Below are positions 1-7,658 of a DNA stretch of 20,000 nt, in pieces. Where the stretch lies: NCBI GenBank assembly GCA_012839865.1, contig DUMO01000063.1:114678-134677 (forward strand). The letters run 5' to 3'. The position numbers were made by a program, and so were the translations under genes. The notes under the pieces were generated by a model. The model ran no database searches. It saw nothing but the letters and a program-made list of their open reading frames with translations, and was not told where the DNA came from. The stretch is from Clostridiaceae bacterium (GTDB lineage Bacteria; Bacillota; Clostridia; CAYPLH01; DUMO01). Within the stretch, counting starts at the first letter, position 1. Each line of letters begins with the position of its first letter.

Positions 1-50
1 TTTCTGACATACTATCCATACACTTTCAGTATCCAAAAACTGCATTAGCA

Positions 51-488
51 TTACTTTTTCATAATCAATCTCGCTGCTTCCATTGCAACAAGATAACTAT
101 TGCTTCCAAAGCCGCTTATCTGCCCGCAGCATGCCGGAGCAACAACCGATTTGCTCCTGAATTCTTCCCGGTCATAAATATTGGATAGATGAACCTCGAT
201 AACAGGTATTTCAATTGCACGGATTGCATCCCGTATAGCTATGCTGTAATGTGTGTACGCACCCGGGTTGATTATTATAATGTCATATTTGCCCCTGGCA
301 AAATGAATCCTGTCAATTATCTCTCCTTCATGATTTGACTGGAAAAAATCCACTTCGATATTATGACTTGATGCATACTTTGATACTTCTTCATTAATTT
401 CTTCAAGGGTTTTGGTTCCATAATAATCTTTTTCCCTTGACCCCAGCAAATTAAGGTTTGGACCATTTACTACCAAGACTCTCCCCAT
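51..488 (-). CDS. aroQ: Type II 3-dehydroquinate dehydratase
   Basis: Motifs VLVVNGPNLNLLGSRE..YG, FFQSNHEGEIID, IIINPGAYTHYSIAIRDA and EVHLSNIYDREEFR are diagnostic. Its ATG shares one base (TAATG) with the upstream stop at 488. Confidence 0.96.
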   Translation of the reverse strand: MGRVLVVNGPNLNLLGSREKDYYGTKTLEEINEEVSKYASSHNIEVDFFQSNHEGEIIDRIHFARGKYDIIIINPGAYTHYSIAIRDAIRAIEIPVIEVHLSNIYDREEFRSKSVVAPACCGQISGFGSNSYLVAMEAARLIMKK

Positions 489-1336
489 TATTCCAACTCC
501 TCATATATTCTTTTCATTTTTAGAGCATCCTCCGCCATCAGTTCCCTTGATTCGCATATAACCACCGCATCCATTCTTTTTTTTCGCATTGCCCTTGCAA
601 AAAGCAAAAAATCCGGACCATACTCAACCTCATCAAGAACCCTGTGCCTTTTTTCCCCGCCTTTTCCGTATTCTATCCTGCTGAAATGGATATGGAGCCT
701 TCTAAGCCTTTCATACCCAAGGACCTTTTCAATCTTTTCAAATACCTTGATAAAATCTTCCTCTTCTTTCAAGGCACCCATGCCTCTTGCGTGAAGATGC
801 CCAAAGTCTACGGTTGGTATCAATTTTTCATCCAGACTGCACAGTGCAAGTATTTCATCAAGTGTACCGATCTGGTTTACTTTACCCAGAACTTCAGGGC
901 ATATTGCAATATCATCAAGGCTGTTCTCCTTTGCAATCTGCAAAGTTTTTACAAGAACACCGGCGGAAGTTTCCAGCGCCCATTTTTTATCCACTTTGCT
1001 GTAGGAACCGACATGTACCACAATCCTTTTGGCACCCATCCATTTTGCCGCCTCCAGGGTCTCAAATATATATCGGACTGAATTTATTCTCTTTTCTTCC
1101 TCCGGGCTGGGCATGTTTATATAGTAGGGAGCATGAATGCTTAAGAATATGTTGTTCAAAGCAGCATTCCTGCCCATTTCTTCAGCGGTTTTCCTCCCTA
1201 TTTTCACTCCCTTGTTGCACTGGTACTCATATGCATCAAGACCCATCTTTCTTAGCCAGCCGGGCATATCCACAGATAACTTGTAACCTTGCTCGTAAAA
1301 TGATTCTGAATTTCCTCCGGGTCCGAATTTAACCAT
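488..1336 (-). CDS. Endonuclease IV-like / AP endonuclease family 2 TIM-barrel protein
   Basis: Metal-ligand-type motifs HAPYYIN, RIVVHVG, PEVLGK..QIGTLDE, VDFGHLHAR, HIHFS.IEYG..GEKRH, ICES. Start moved from 1351 to ATG 1336 (MVKFGPGG), which follows a GAGAGGAG RBS. Confidence 0.8.
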   Translation of the reverse strand: MVKFGPGGNSESFYEQGYKLSVDMPGWLRKMGLDAYEYQCNKGVKIGRKTAEEMGRNAALNNIFLSIHAPYYINMPSPEEEKRINSVRYIFETLEAAKWMGAKRIVVHVGSYSKVDKKWALETSAGVLVKTLQIAKENSLDDIAICPEVLGKVNQIGTLDEILALCSLDEKLIPTVDFGHLHARGMGALKEEEDFIKVFEKIEKVLGYERLRRLHIHFSRIEYGKGGEKRHRVLDEVEYGPDFLLFARAMRKKRMDAVVICESRELMAEDALKMKRIYEELE

Positions 1337-1426
1337 TGCTACTCCTCTCATTACCCATTCAATTGATATGTATCTGTTGAACCTTAAACCCCAAATAAGC
1401 TGGTAGTGCGCCAGTGTGCCTGTTCA

Positions 1427-1690
1427 TCAATGGCGGGGATTTCGTTTAACCATTATTGCAGCATGGGTAATCGCCGAAATTACATCAACTTCAAACTGCT
1501 GCTTTAAAGTATTCAACTTTAAATACAGCTCCCCTTTTTCAGTCACTATGTATTTTGGAGGAAGATTATTCAGAGCTATTGCCGAAATGTCCATCCTGCA
1601 TTTTTCACATTTGCATACATTAATGTCGTCGAGTATCTCGCCCATAAGCGCCTTAACTATATCCTCCATATAGTTTTTGAGCTTGTACAC
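1427..1690 (-). CDS. comFB: Late competence development ComFB family protein
   Basis: KLKNYME...CKCEKCRMDISAIALNNLPPKY...NPRH pattern. Start moved to GTG 1690, 7 nt after AGGGGA, giving 87 aa. The symbol is a family-level call only. Confidence 0.88.
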   Translation of the reverse strand: MYKLKNYMEDIVKALMGEILDDINVCKCEKCRMDISAIALNNLPPKYIVTEKGELYLKLNTLKQQFEVDVISAITHAAIMVKRNPRH

Positions 1691-1823
1691 ATTATCATCC
1701 CCTATCATACCCTTGCGAATATATTGATTTTATTAAAATTGCCTTACAGCCATGTCCACCCGGCAGGAACCTTATTTCCTGACTCTAGCTCAATTTTTGC
1801 ACTTTCATGGATATTTTAAATAG

Positions 1824-2609
1824 TTAAATAAATAATATGTACCATTCCAGCAGTTCCCAACCGATCATCAGGGTGGCAAATACAGCAGTGACTATGAAGG
1901 GACCGAAGGGAATGCCTTCTTTTCGATTCTTCTTGCCTGTAACCAAAAGTATGAAGCCCGCAATTCCAGCTAAAAAAATTGAGATAACAAGTGCTGCAAT
2001 TGACATCCTCCACCCCAGGAACATCCCTATAGGTACAAATATTTTCACATCGCCCATTCCCATGGCATCATCAGTTTTATAAATTAAAGACCCTATTACC
2101 GCTATTATAAACAGAAAGCCTGAGGCTGCAAACATTCCGATTATCGGATTAAAAAACCATCTGTCTCCGTATATTGCCACGGGATAAAACAGGTTGCAGA
2201 CAACCGGGAAAACTCCACCCAAAAGTCCGGCAACCACCAATTCGTCGGGTATGGTTTTGGTATCCAGGTCTATGAAAAAAACTGCAATCAATACTGACAT
2301 CAAGTATATGCCAAACAAAAAGTCAAAGGAAATTCCATATTTCCAAAAAAGAAGCATGAATACGGTTGCTGTTATTAATTCAACCAATGGATACCTGAAG
2401 GAAATTTTGCATCCGCAATACCTGCATTTGCCTCGTAAAAAGATGAAGCTGAATACAGGTATCAAATCCAAAGGTTTAAGCCTTGTACCGCACTGTGTAC
2501 AGTGAGATGGCGGGGATACTATGGATTCCCCTTTTTCAAGCCTGCATATTACAACATTTAAAAATGAACCGATAGCCAGCCCGAATAATGCAACAAAAAA
2601 ATAAAGCAA
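1824..2609 (-). CDS. pilD: Type IV prepilin peptidase / N-methyltransferase (A24 family)
   Basis: GSFLNVVI.R, two CxxC pairs (CTQC, CRYC), aspartate motifs FFIDLD and GMGDVK, C-terminal IPFGPF, many hydrophobic segments. TTG start after AAGGGTG. Confidence 0.94.
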   Translation of the reverse strand: MLYFFVALFGLAIGSFLNVVICRLEKGESIVSPPSHCTQCGTRLKPLDLIPVFSFIFLRGKCRYCGCKISFRYPLVELITATVFMLLFWKYGISFDFLFGIYLMSVLIAVFFIDLDTKTIPDELVVAGLLGGVFPVVCNLFYPVAIYGDRWFFNPIIGMFAASGFLFIIAVIGSLIYKTDDAMGMGDVKIFVPIGMFLGWRMSIAALVISIFLAGIAGFILLVTGKKNRKEGIPFGPFIVTAVFATLMIGWELLEWYILFI

Positions 2610-2701
2610 TTAAATAACACCCTTTATATATATGTTTGGTGTATCTCTTTACCGGCAGTTCCCTGTTTTAGGTACAGTAAAATAACCCGGCAGTTTAATT
2701 C

Positions 2702-2756
2702 AATTGTACAATTAACAGCCTTGAAAGCACACTGGTGAAAAAATTGTTGTACAATT
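2702..2756. promoter_or_regulatory. Pair of TTGTACAATT boxes, candidate operator
   Basis: Perfect 12-bp palindrome AATTGTACAATT at 2702-2713 and a second TTGTACAATT at 2747-2756, 43 bp apart, in the aroE-pilD intergenic region. Confidence 0.35.
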
Positions 2757-2769
2757 GCCAATTGTATTA

Positions 2770-2796
2770 TTTCGACACAATTTCCGGTATTCCTTT
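2770..2796 (-). promoter_or_regulatory. Candidate sigmaH-type promoter for pilD
   Basis: Minus strand reads AAAGGAATA-N11-GTCGAAA, matching the RNAGGAWWW-N11/12-GTCGAAT pattern with one mismatch in the -10. Confidence 0.5.
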
Positions 2797-2802
2797 ATAA
2801 TA

Positions 2803-3696
2803 TCAACCAAACCTTTGGGAAATTTTTAAGAAGGCCTGGTACACTTCGTCAAGTATATTTTTTTCAATGGTTGTTTCCGTCCAGATTTCATATGCATGTA
2901 TCCCCTGATAAAAAAGCATTCCCAGTCCGTTGACGATTTTGCATCCGGCTTTTTCAGCGCAAAGCAGTAACCGTGTTTTGTCAGGATTGTAAATGACATC
3001 ATATACAATATGGGATGGCTTTAAAATTTTCAACAGAACTGAATCTTCCACCGGACTTTTGTCAACATCCGGATGCATTCCCAAAGGTGTAGTATTGATA
3101 ATAACATCTGAACAAGGCACAAGCTCAAAAATAGAATCAAGGTCGTGTGATTCAGCAATATCAGTGATATATTGATTTATAATGTTTACGATATTTTCGG
3201 ATTTATTCCGGGTTCTGTTTACAATATAAATCTTCGAAGCGCCTTCCAATGCAGCCTTTACGGCAATTGCCCTGGCTGTCCCCCCGGCACCGATAACAAG
3301 CATTTTCTTGTTCTTCAATCCAGTTCCCGTCATTTCCGCAAACGAACGGGCGAACCCCTCTGCGTCGGTATTATAGCCTGTAAGTTTTCTGTCGCATATT
3401 TTAACCGTATTCACGGCACCAATCAGCTCTGCTTCCCGTGACAACCTGTCCAGGTACTTTATTACCTCTTCCTTGTAAGGAATGGTGACGTTAAAACCTG
3501 TAAAGCCAAGGGCTTGTAAACCTGTAACGGCTTTTTCAAGATTAGTTGGATGGACCTCAAAGGGAAGATAAACATAATCCTGCCCAAGGGCAGCACTCAA
3601 AGTATTATGCAGCCCGGGAGAAATTGTGTGCCGGACAGGATAACCTATCAGTCCCAGCAGCCTTGTTTTCCCGGTAATGATTTCTACAGGTTCCAT
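2803..3696 (-). CDS. aroE: Shikimate dehydrogenase
   Basis: LIGYPVRHTISP.LHN, GFNVTIPYK, IGAVNT, GYNTD..GF, GAGGTARA, NRT, INTTPLGM, DVIYNP..T, GLGML..QG motifs. Confidence 0.96.
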   Translation of the reverse strand: MEPVEIITGKTRLLGLIGYPVRHTISPGLHNTLSAALGQDYVYLPFEVHPTNLEKAVTGLQALGFTGFNVTIPYKEEVIKYLDRLSREAELIGAVNTVKICDRKLTGYNTDAEGFARSFAEMTGTGLKNKKMLVIGAGGTARAIAVKAALEGASKIYIVNRTRNKSENIVNIINQYITDIAESHDLDSIFELVPCSDVIINTTPLGMHPDVDKSPVEDSVLLKILKPSHIVYDVIYNPDKTRLLLCAEKAGCKIVNGLGMLFYQGIHAYEIWTETTIEKNILDEVYQAFLKISQRFG

Positions 3697-3697
3697 G

Positions 3698-4207
3698 CTA
3701 CTTCTCCTTGTTGTTTTTGTACTTTTTGTATCGGGATAATATAAACCTTTCAGGAAACCTTTTTAGTTTTACAAAGAAAAATTCCCTGTTGTCAAAGGGT
3801 TTCACAAGAATAGTATACATCTTCAGTTTTTTGCCTCCGATTATATCGGTAAAAATCTGATCTCCTACAACGGCGGCTTCTTTAATATCAATATCCATTA
3901 AAGCTGCAGCTTTGATAAATGCTTTTCTCCTTGGTTTTAATGCACGATAAATTGCAGGAAGTTTAAGCTCTTCATTAAACATTACCACTCTCTTTTTGGT
4001 TGCATTGGACACAATACAGGCTTTAATCCCCGCCTCTTTTACTTTTTCCAGCCACTTTACGGCATTTTCATCCGCCTCTTTGGTGCGTGGCGGAACCAGC
4101 GTGTTATCAATATCCAGAATCAAGCCCTTTATATTTTTTTTAATAAGATCATTTAAATTTATGTCCTGCACCCTGTCCACGTAAACATCGGGAAAAAATC
4201 TATGCAT
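3698..4207 (-). CDS. yqeG: YqeG family HAD IIIA-type phosphatase
   Basis: ILDIDNTLV (HAD motif I), IVSN, KP, VVGDQIFTDI.GG. AGGAG RBS upstream of the ATG. Confidence 0.92.
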   Translation of the reverse strand: MHRFFPDVYVDRVQDINLNDLIKKNIKGLILDIDNTLVPPRTKEADENAVKWLEKVKEAGIKACIVSNATKKRVVMFNEELKLPAIYRALKPRRKAFIKAAALMDIDIKEAAVVGDQIFTDIIGGKKLKMYTILVKPFDNREFFFVKLKRFPERFILSRYKKYKNNKEK

Positions 4208-4276
4208 ATAACTCCTCCGGTCTTACACAACTATTCATATCATAACAAACCCTTTTCCCAATGGCAAGGGTACCAG

Positions 4277-4298
4277 GGGGACGGTTCTTGTGGTCCCC
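4277..4298. repeat. GC-rich intergenic hairpin GGGGAC-N10-GTCCCC
   Basis: 6-bp GC stem seen directly in an otherwise AT-rich divergent intergenic region. Function unknown. Confidence 0.3.
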
Positions 4299-4434
4299 TA
4301 ATGGAAAATATTTTGAATATATATGCAACAGCCTCAGGTATATGTTATAATTTAATGACTGCTTTCACAGCATGGTTGGCTTACCTTGACATTTTCTATA
4401 CATGCAAAATAAATTTGATTGGAGTATTCAAGCA

Positions 4435-5550
4435 ATGAAGGAAGGAACCCTTTCAAGAAAATTATTAATTTACCTTGGATCGGCTGCAGGATGCATAATT
4501 GGAGTATATCTGGCCTTTAAACTGGCATTTTACTTTGCGCCTTTTCTTATAGCCGTTGCTGTTGCAATTATTTCAGAACCCCTGATTCGCCTGTTGAACC
4601 AGAAACTTAAAATTCCGAGAAAAATCGCCTGCATATTCACATTACTGATTGCTCTTGCGATTTTAGGCACACTGGTGACCCTGCTGATATTAAAAATAAT
4701 CTCCCTGGCAGAAGAATTTTATTATAACATAGATAAGTATTATAATATTCTGAATACCAGCGTAAACAAGTTCATGGAAATGCTGAACGGATTATACCTT
4801 GAGCTTCCTGATGAGCTAAGTGCCAATCTCCGGGAAATGATTATAAACCTTACCAGCTCCCTTACAGTTTTCCTTAAAAGTTTTGCAAAAGGTATTTACA
4901 CTATGGCAATATCAATTCCGGATGCAGTGATTTTCATAATCATAACCATTCTCGCAACCTATTTTATTACCAGTGACAGGGCTGTGATAAGGGATTCAAT
5001 AAAGTCACATATTCCAGGAAGCTGGATAAAAAAAGGCATTAGCATAAAGGAAGACATGTTTTCCGCCCTATTTGGCTATGTAAGAGCTCAGCTTATCCTG
5101 ATGAGTGTAACTTTTACGGAATTAAGCATTGGATTTCTGATAATAGGAGTAAAGAATGCAATTATTATTGCGCTCCTTATAAGTATTTTTGATGCACTGC
5201 CCATATTTGGAACCGGAGGCATACTCATACCCTGGATGATTATAAGTTTCCTTTCTGGTAATGCGACATTAGGTTTTTCATTATTGATATTATATGGTGT
5301 TGTATTGATTGTCCGCCAGTTAATAGAACCAAAAGTCCTGGGTACACAGATTGGGGTACACCCCCTTGTTACGCTTTTCTCGATGTATTTAGGCCTTAAA
5401 ATATTCGGAGTCCTGGGAATGATTGCAGGACCTATCACTGTCTTGCTTTTGAAAAACGTTTTCCGGGGGCTTAATAAGAATACAACACTAAAAGAGATTT
5501 TTGAAGGTTCCGAAAAGAGCGGGAAACCTTCAGGCAATCTAAAGGCATAA
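4435..5550 (+). CDS. ytvI: Sporulation integral membrane protein YtvI (AI-2E transporter family)
   Basis: APFLIAVAVAIISEPL, ATYFITSD, FGYVRAQLILMSVTF, DALPIFGTGGILIPW, RQLIEPKVLGTQIGVHPLVTL. The likely start is ATG 4435 (GGAG RBS) rather than 4402. Confidence 0.9.
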   Translation: MKEGTLSRKLLIYLGSAAGCIIGVYLAFKLAFYFAPFLIAVAVAIISEPLIRLLNQKLKIPRKIACIFTLLIALAILGTLVTLLILKIISLAEEFYYNIDKYYNILNTSVNKFMEMLNGLYLELPDELSANLREMIINLTSSLTVFLKSFAKGIYTMAISIPDAVIFIIITILATYFITSDRAVIRDSIKSHIPGSWIKKGISIKEDMFSALFGYVRAQLILMSVTFTELSIGFLIIGVKNAIIIALLISIFDALPIFGTGGILIPWMIISFLSGNATLGFSLLILYGVVLIVRQLIEPKVLGTQIGVHPLVTLFSMYLGLKIFGVLGMIAGPITVLLLKNVFRGLNKNTTLKEIFEGSEKSGKPSGNLKA

Positions 5551-5561
5551 GAATCTGATTC

Positions 5562-5918
5562 TCAGCCTTCATTTTTCCATTCCTTGCTGAGTTTCTTTAT
5601 TGCCTTCTTTTCAATCCTCGACACATAGGACCTTGATATATCAAGCATTTTGGCAATTTCTCTTTGGGTTTTGCTGGCTGAATTGGCAAGACCGTATCTA
5701 AGTTCGAGAACTTTCCTCTCCCTGCCTTTTAAGATGGACTGCATCTTGTTGTAGAGTTTTTTTACCTGCATTTTTAGTTCAACTTTGTCCAAAATCGTTT
5801 CAGAATCATTTTCAAGAATATCAATCAGGGAAATTTCATTACCTTCCTTGTCAACTCCTATGGGGTCATGCAGTGAAACCTCCCCCTGCCGCCTTCTCAT
5901 TAAACGAATCTGCATTAA
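5562..5918 (-). CDS. sigK: sigK 3' half (regions 3-4), spoIIIC-equivalent segment
   Basis: LMQIR...EVSLHDPIGVDKEGNEISLIDIL...RYGL...TQREIAKMLDISRSYVSRIEKKAIKKL. No RBS before the internal ATG at 5915. In frame with the 5' half after excision. Confidence 0.96.
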   Translation of the reverse strand, partial: LMQIRLMRRRQGEVSLHDPIGVDKEGNEISLIDILENDSETILDKVELKMQVKKLYNKMQSILKGRERKVLELRYGLANSASKTQREIAKMLDISRSYVSRIEKKAIKKLSKEWKNEG

Positions 5919-5924
5919 AATCTC
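5918..5924 (-). repeat. att core at the sigK 3'-half junction (GAGATTT)
   Basis: Minus strand: tttgacatcaatacc-GAGATTT-taatgcag. Identical to 8544-8550. Confidence 0.9.
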
Positions 5925-5944
5925 GGTATTGATGTCAAAGGGGT

Positions 5945-5972
5945 ATCAGACAAGCTTTCCCCTGCATAAATT
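5945..5972 (+). promoter_or_regulatory. Candidate sigmaE promoter with overlapping SpoIIID-like box, driving the small ORF and recombinase
   Basis: ATC-N17-CATAAATT against the ATa-N16/18-cATAcanT consensus. TCAGACAAGC (5946-5955) matches WWRRACARNY at 9/10. Confidence 0.5.
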
Positions 5973-5996
5973 TAATTTAAGGGAACGGTGATTATT

Positions 5997-6179
5997 ATGA
6001 AAAACTCAAAACCCGGACTGAAAATTGAGTTTATTCCGGGGGAATTCACAAAAAAGCAGATTGAGCTGTGTTACCGGTTGATTCTACAGGCAATCAGAGA
6101 GGAGAAGGATAAGCATGACAGGAATTTATGCACGGGTGAGCACAGAAGAACAGGCGGTGAACGGATACAGCCTTCATGA
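5997..6179 (+). CDS. Small ORF (60 aa), candidate recombination directionality factor
   Basis: GGTGA SD 5 nt before ATG 5997. First gene inside the element, overlapping the recombinase start by 65 nt. No recognisable family, so the function is inferred from position. Confidence 0.45.
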   Translation: MKNSKPGLKIEFIPGEFTKKQIELCYRLILQAIREEKDKHDRNLCTGEHRRTGGERIQPS

Positions 6180-7593
6180 CCAGATACGGGAATGCAGGAA
6201 AAAAGCAGGCGATGATGAGGTTATAGAGTACATCGATAAAGGAGTTTCCGGAGAAATAGTTGACAGGCCTGCTTTATCCAGATTAAGGCAGGATCTTGCC
6301 GGAGGGAAACTCACCAGGGTAATTTGTTTTGACCCTGACAGGCTGTCTCGCAAACTTATCATCCAGCTCATACTGTCGGATGAAATTGAGAAAAAAGCCG
6401 AACTTGTCTTTGTAAATGGCGAGTATTCCCAAACTCCGGAAGGCAAACTGTTTTACCAGTTAAGGGGCGCCATTGCCGAATTTGAAAAAGCAAAAATAAA
6501 TGAACGAATGAGCCGGGGCAGAAAAGAAAAAGCCCGGCAGGGATTTATAGTAAGAGACTACAGCATATATGGCTACGATTACAGCAAAGAAAACAAAAAG
6601 CTGGTTATCAACCCAAAAGAAAGTGAAGTGGTGAAATTAATTTTCGAAATGTTTACAGGAAGAAGTGGTAAAGCTGCCGGAATAAGCGAAATAGCCAGGT
6701 ACCTGACCCGGCTTGGAATCCCTACAAAGAGGGGTGCCGCCCTGTGGTACAGGCAGGTAATTCGCCAGATTCTCATGAACAGGACTTACTTGGGCGAATT
6801 CTATCAAAACCGGTGGCTTGCGGAAGGAACCCTGACAAATAAGTATAAACCAAAGGAAGAGCGCACCCCGGTACGGGAAAGACCCAGGGAAGAATGGATA
6901 AAGGTTCAATGTCCCCCGATAATTGACAAGGAAACCTTTGACTATGCCCAAAAGCTGCTTGCTGAATCCAGAAGACGGTGGGCAGGCACAAGCAAGCATA
7001 AATACCTTTTAAGCGGGTTGTTAAGGTGCGGTATATGTGGAAGCAGCATGACAGGGAAAAAAAGAAAAGGAAAAAATAAATATGCCTATGAATATTCCGA
7101 TTCAAGAACGCTTTCACATAATGCAAAACCAGGTTGCGGTATTAGAATAAATGCGGAACAGATTGAAGAAGCCGTATGGGAAAAATTATTGGACATACTG
7201 TCCTGCCATGCACCTTTTTCAGGAAACAGCATCGATTTTATTCAAAACTCATACAAAAGGGAACTGGAAATTGTAGAAGGGAAAATGGCAACCCTCGGGA
7301 ATTCGGAAAAAAATCTCCTCAAACTTATATCATACTTTGAAAAAGAGCTTGATTTCCACGTTTTAAAAAATATTTTTGATGAACTGGCATCTATTGATAT
7401 GCAAAAGAAAGAATTGATTAAAATAAGAGAAGACATACTATTCAAACTGCAAAACTCTGATTTGTGTACAATTGAAAAACCGGTTGATGATTTTGACATA
7501 AAGATATCTTTTTGTCAAAAACAAAAACTCATTCGTCTATTATTCAAAGAAATTATCGTGAACAAAGATAAAATCATAATTTATGGTTTCTAG
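6115..7593 (+). CDS. spoIVCA: Large serine recombinase, SpoIVCA/CisA-like
   Basis: IYARVSTEEQ (catalytic Ser9), SG..VDRPAL, DPDRLSRKL, EFEKAKINERM..GR, YGY, W.RQVIRQILMN, YLLSGLLRCGICG zinc-ribbon start, coiled-coil tail. AGGAGAAGGA RBS. Confidence 0.92.
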   Translation: MTGIYARVSTEEQAVNGYSLHDQIRECRKKAGDDEVIEYIDKGVSGEIVDRPALSRLRQDLAGGKLTRVICFDPDRLSRKLIIQLILSDEIEKKAELVFVNGEYSQTPEGKLFYQLRGAIAEFEKAKINERMSRGRKEKARQGFIVRDYSIYGYDYSKENKKLVINPKESEVVKLIFEMFTGRSGKAAGISEIARYLTRLGIPTKRGAALWYRQVIRQILMNRTYLGEFYQNRWLAEGTLTNKYKPKEERTPVRERPREEWIKVQCPPIIDKETFDYAQKLLAESRRRWAGTSKHKYLLSGLLRCGICGSSMTGKKRKGKNKYAYEYSDSRTLSHNAKPGCGIRINAEQIEEAVWEKLLDILSCHAPFSGNSIDFIQNSYKRELEIVEGKMATLGNSEKNLLKLISYFEKELDFHVLKNIFDELASIDMQKKELIKIREDILFKLQNSDLCTIEKPVDDFDIKISFCQKQKLIRLLFKEIIVNKDKIIIYGF

Positions 7594-7658
7594 TTTTCGC
7601 TTTATTACCACCTATAAAATCATCAAATAATCAAAAAATAATATCCGGAGGTGTTAAA

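Noticed and set aside
1..10. ATG TCA GAA on the minus strand, possibly the start of the next gene (an Xaa-Pro peptidase often follows aroQ)
   Set aside because: Only three codons are visible and the RBS is weak, so it cannot be supported.
644..1332. Plus-strand ORFs of 145 and 181 aa opposite the TIM-barrel gene, and similar antisense ORFs over pilD, ytvI, the recombinase, PBP, typA and mutS2
   Set aside because: Shadow frames of well-supported genes, with no RBS or family motifs.
5562..5915. 117-aa ORF as an independent sigma factor or a sigK pseudogene
   Set aside because: It has no RBS and joins the 5' half exactly in frame through the att core, so it is half of a rearranging gene.
5915..5939. 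TTGACA within the att arm (minus strand) as a sigmaA -35 for the sigK 3' half or a junction-created promoter
   Set aside because: No acceptable -10 at 16-18 nt in either the integrated or the circular form.
7611..7640. Possible sigmaG promoter CCTATA-N17-AAAAATA for the lipoprotein gene
   Set aside because: Weak match in very AT-rich sequence. Forespore expression remains an inference from the family, and read-through from the recombinase is equally possible.
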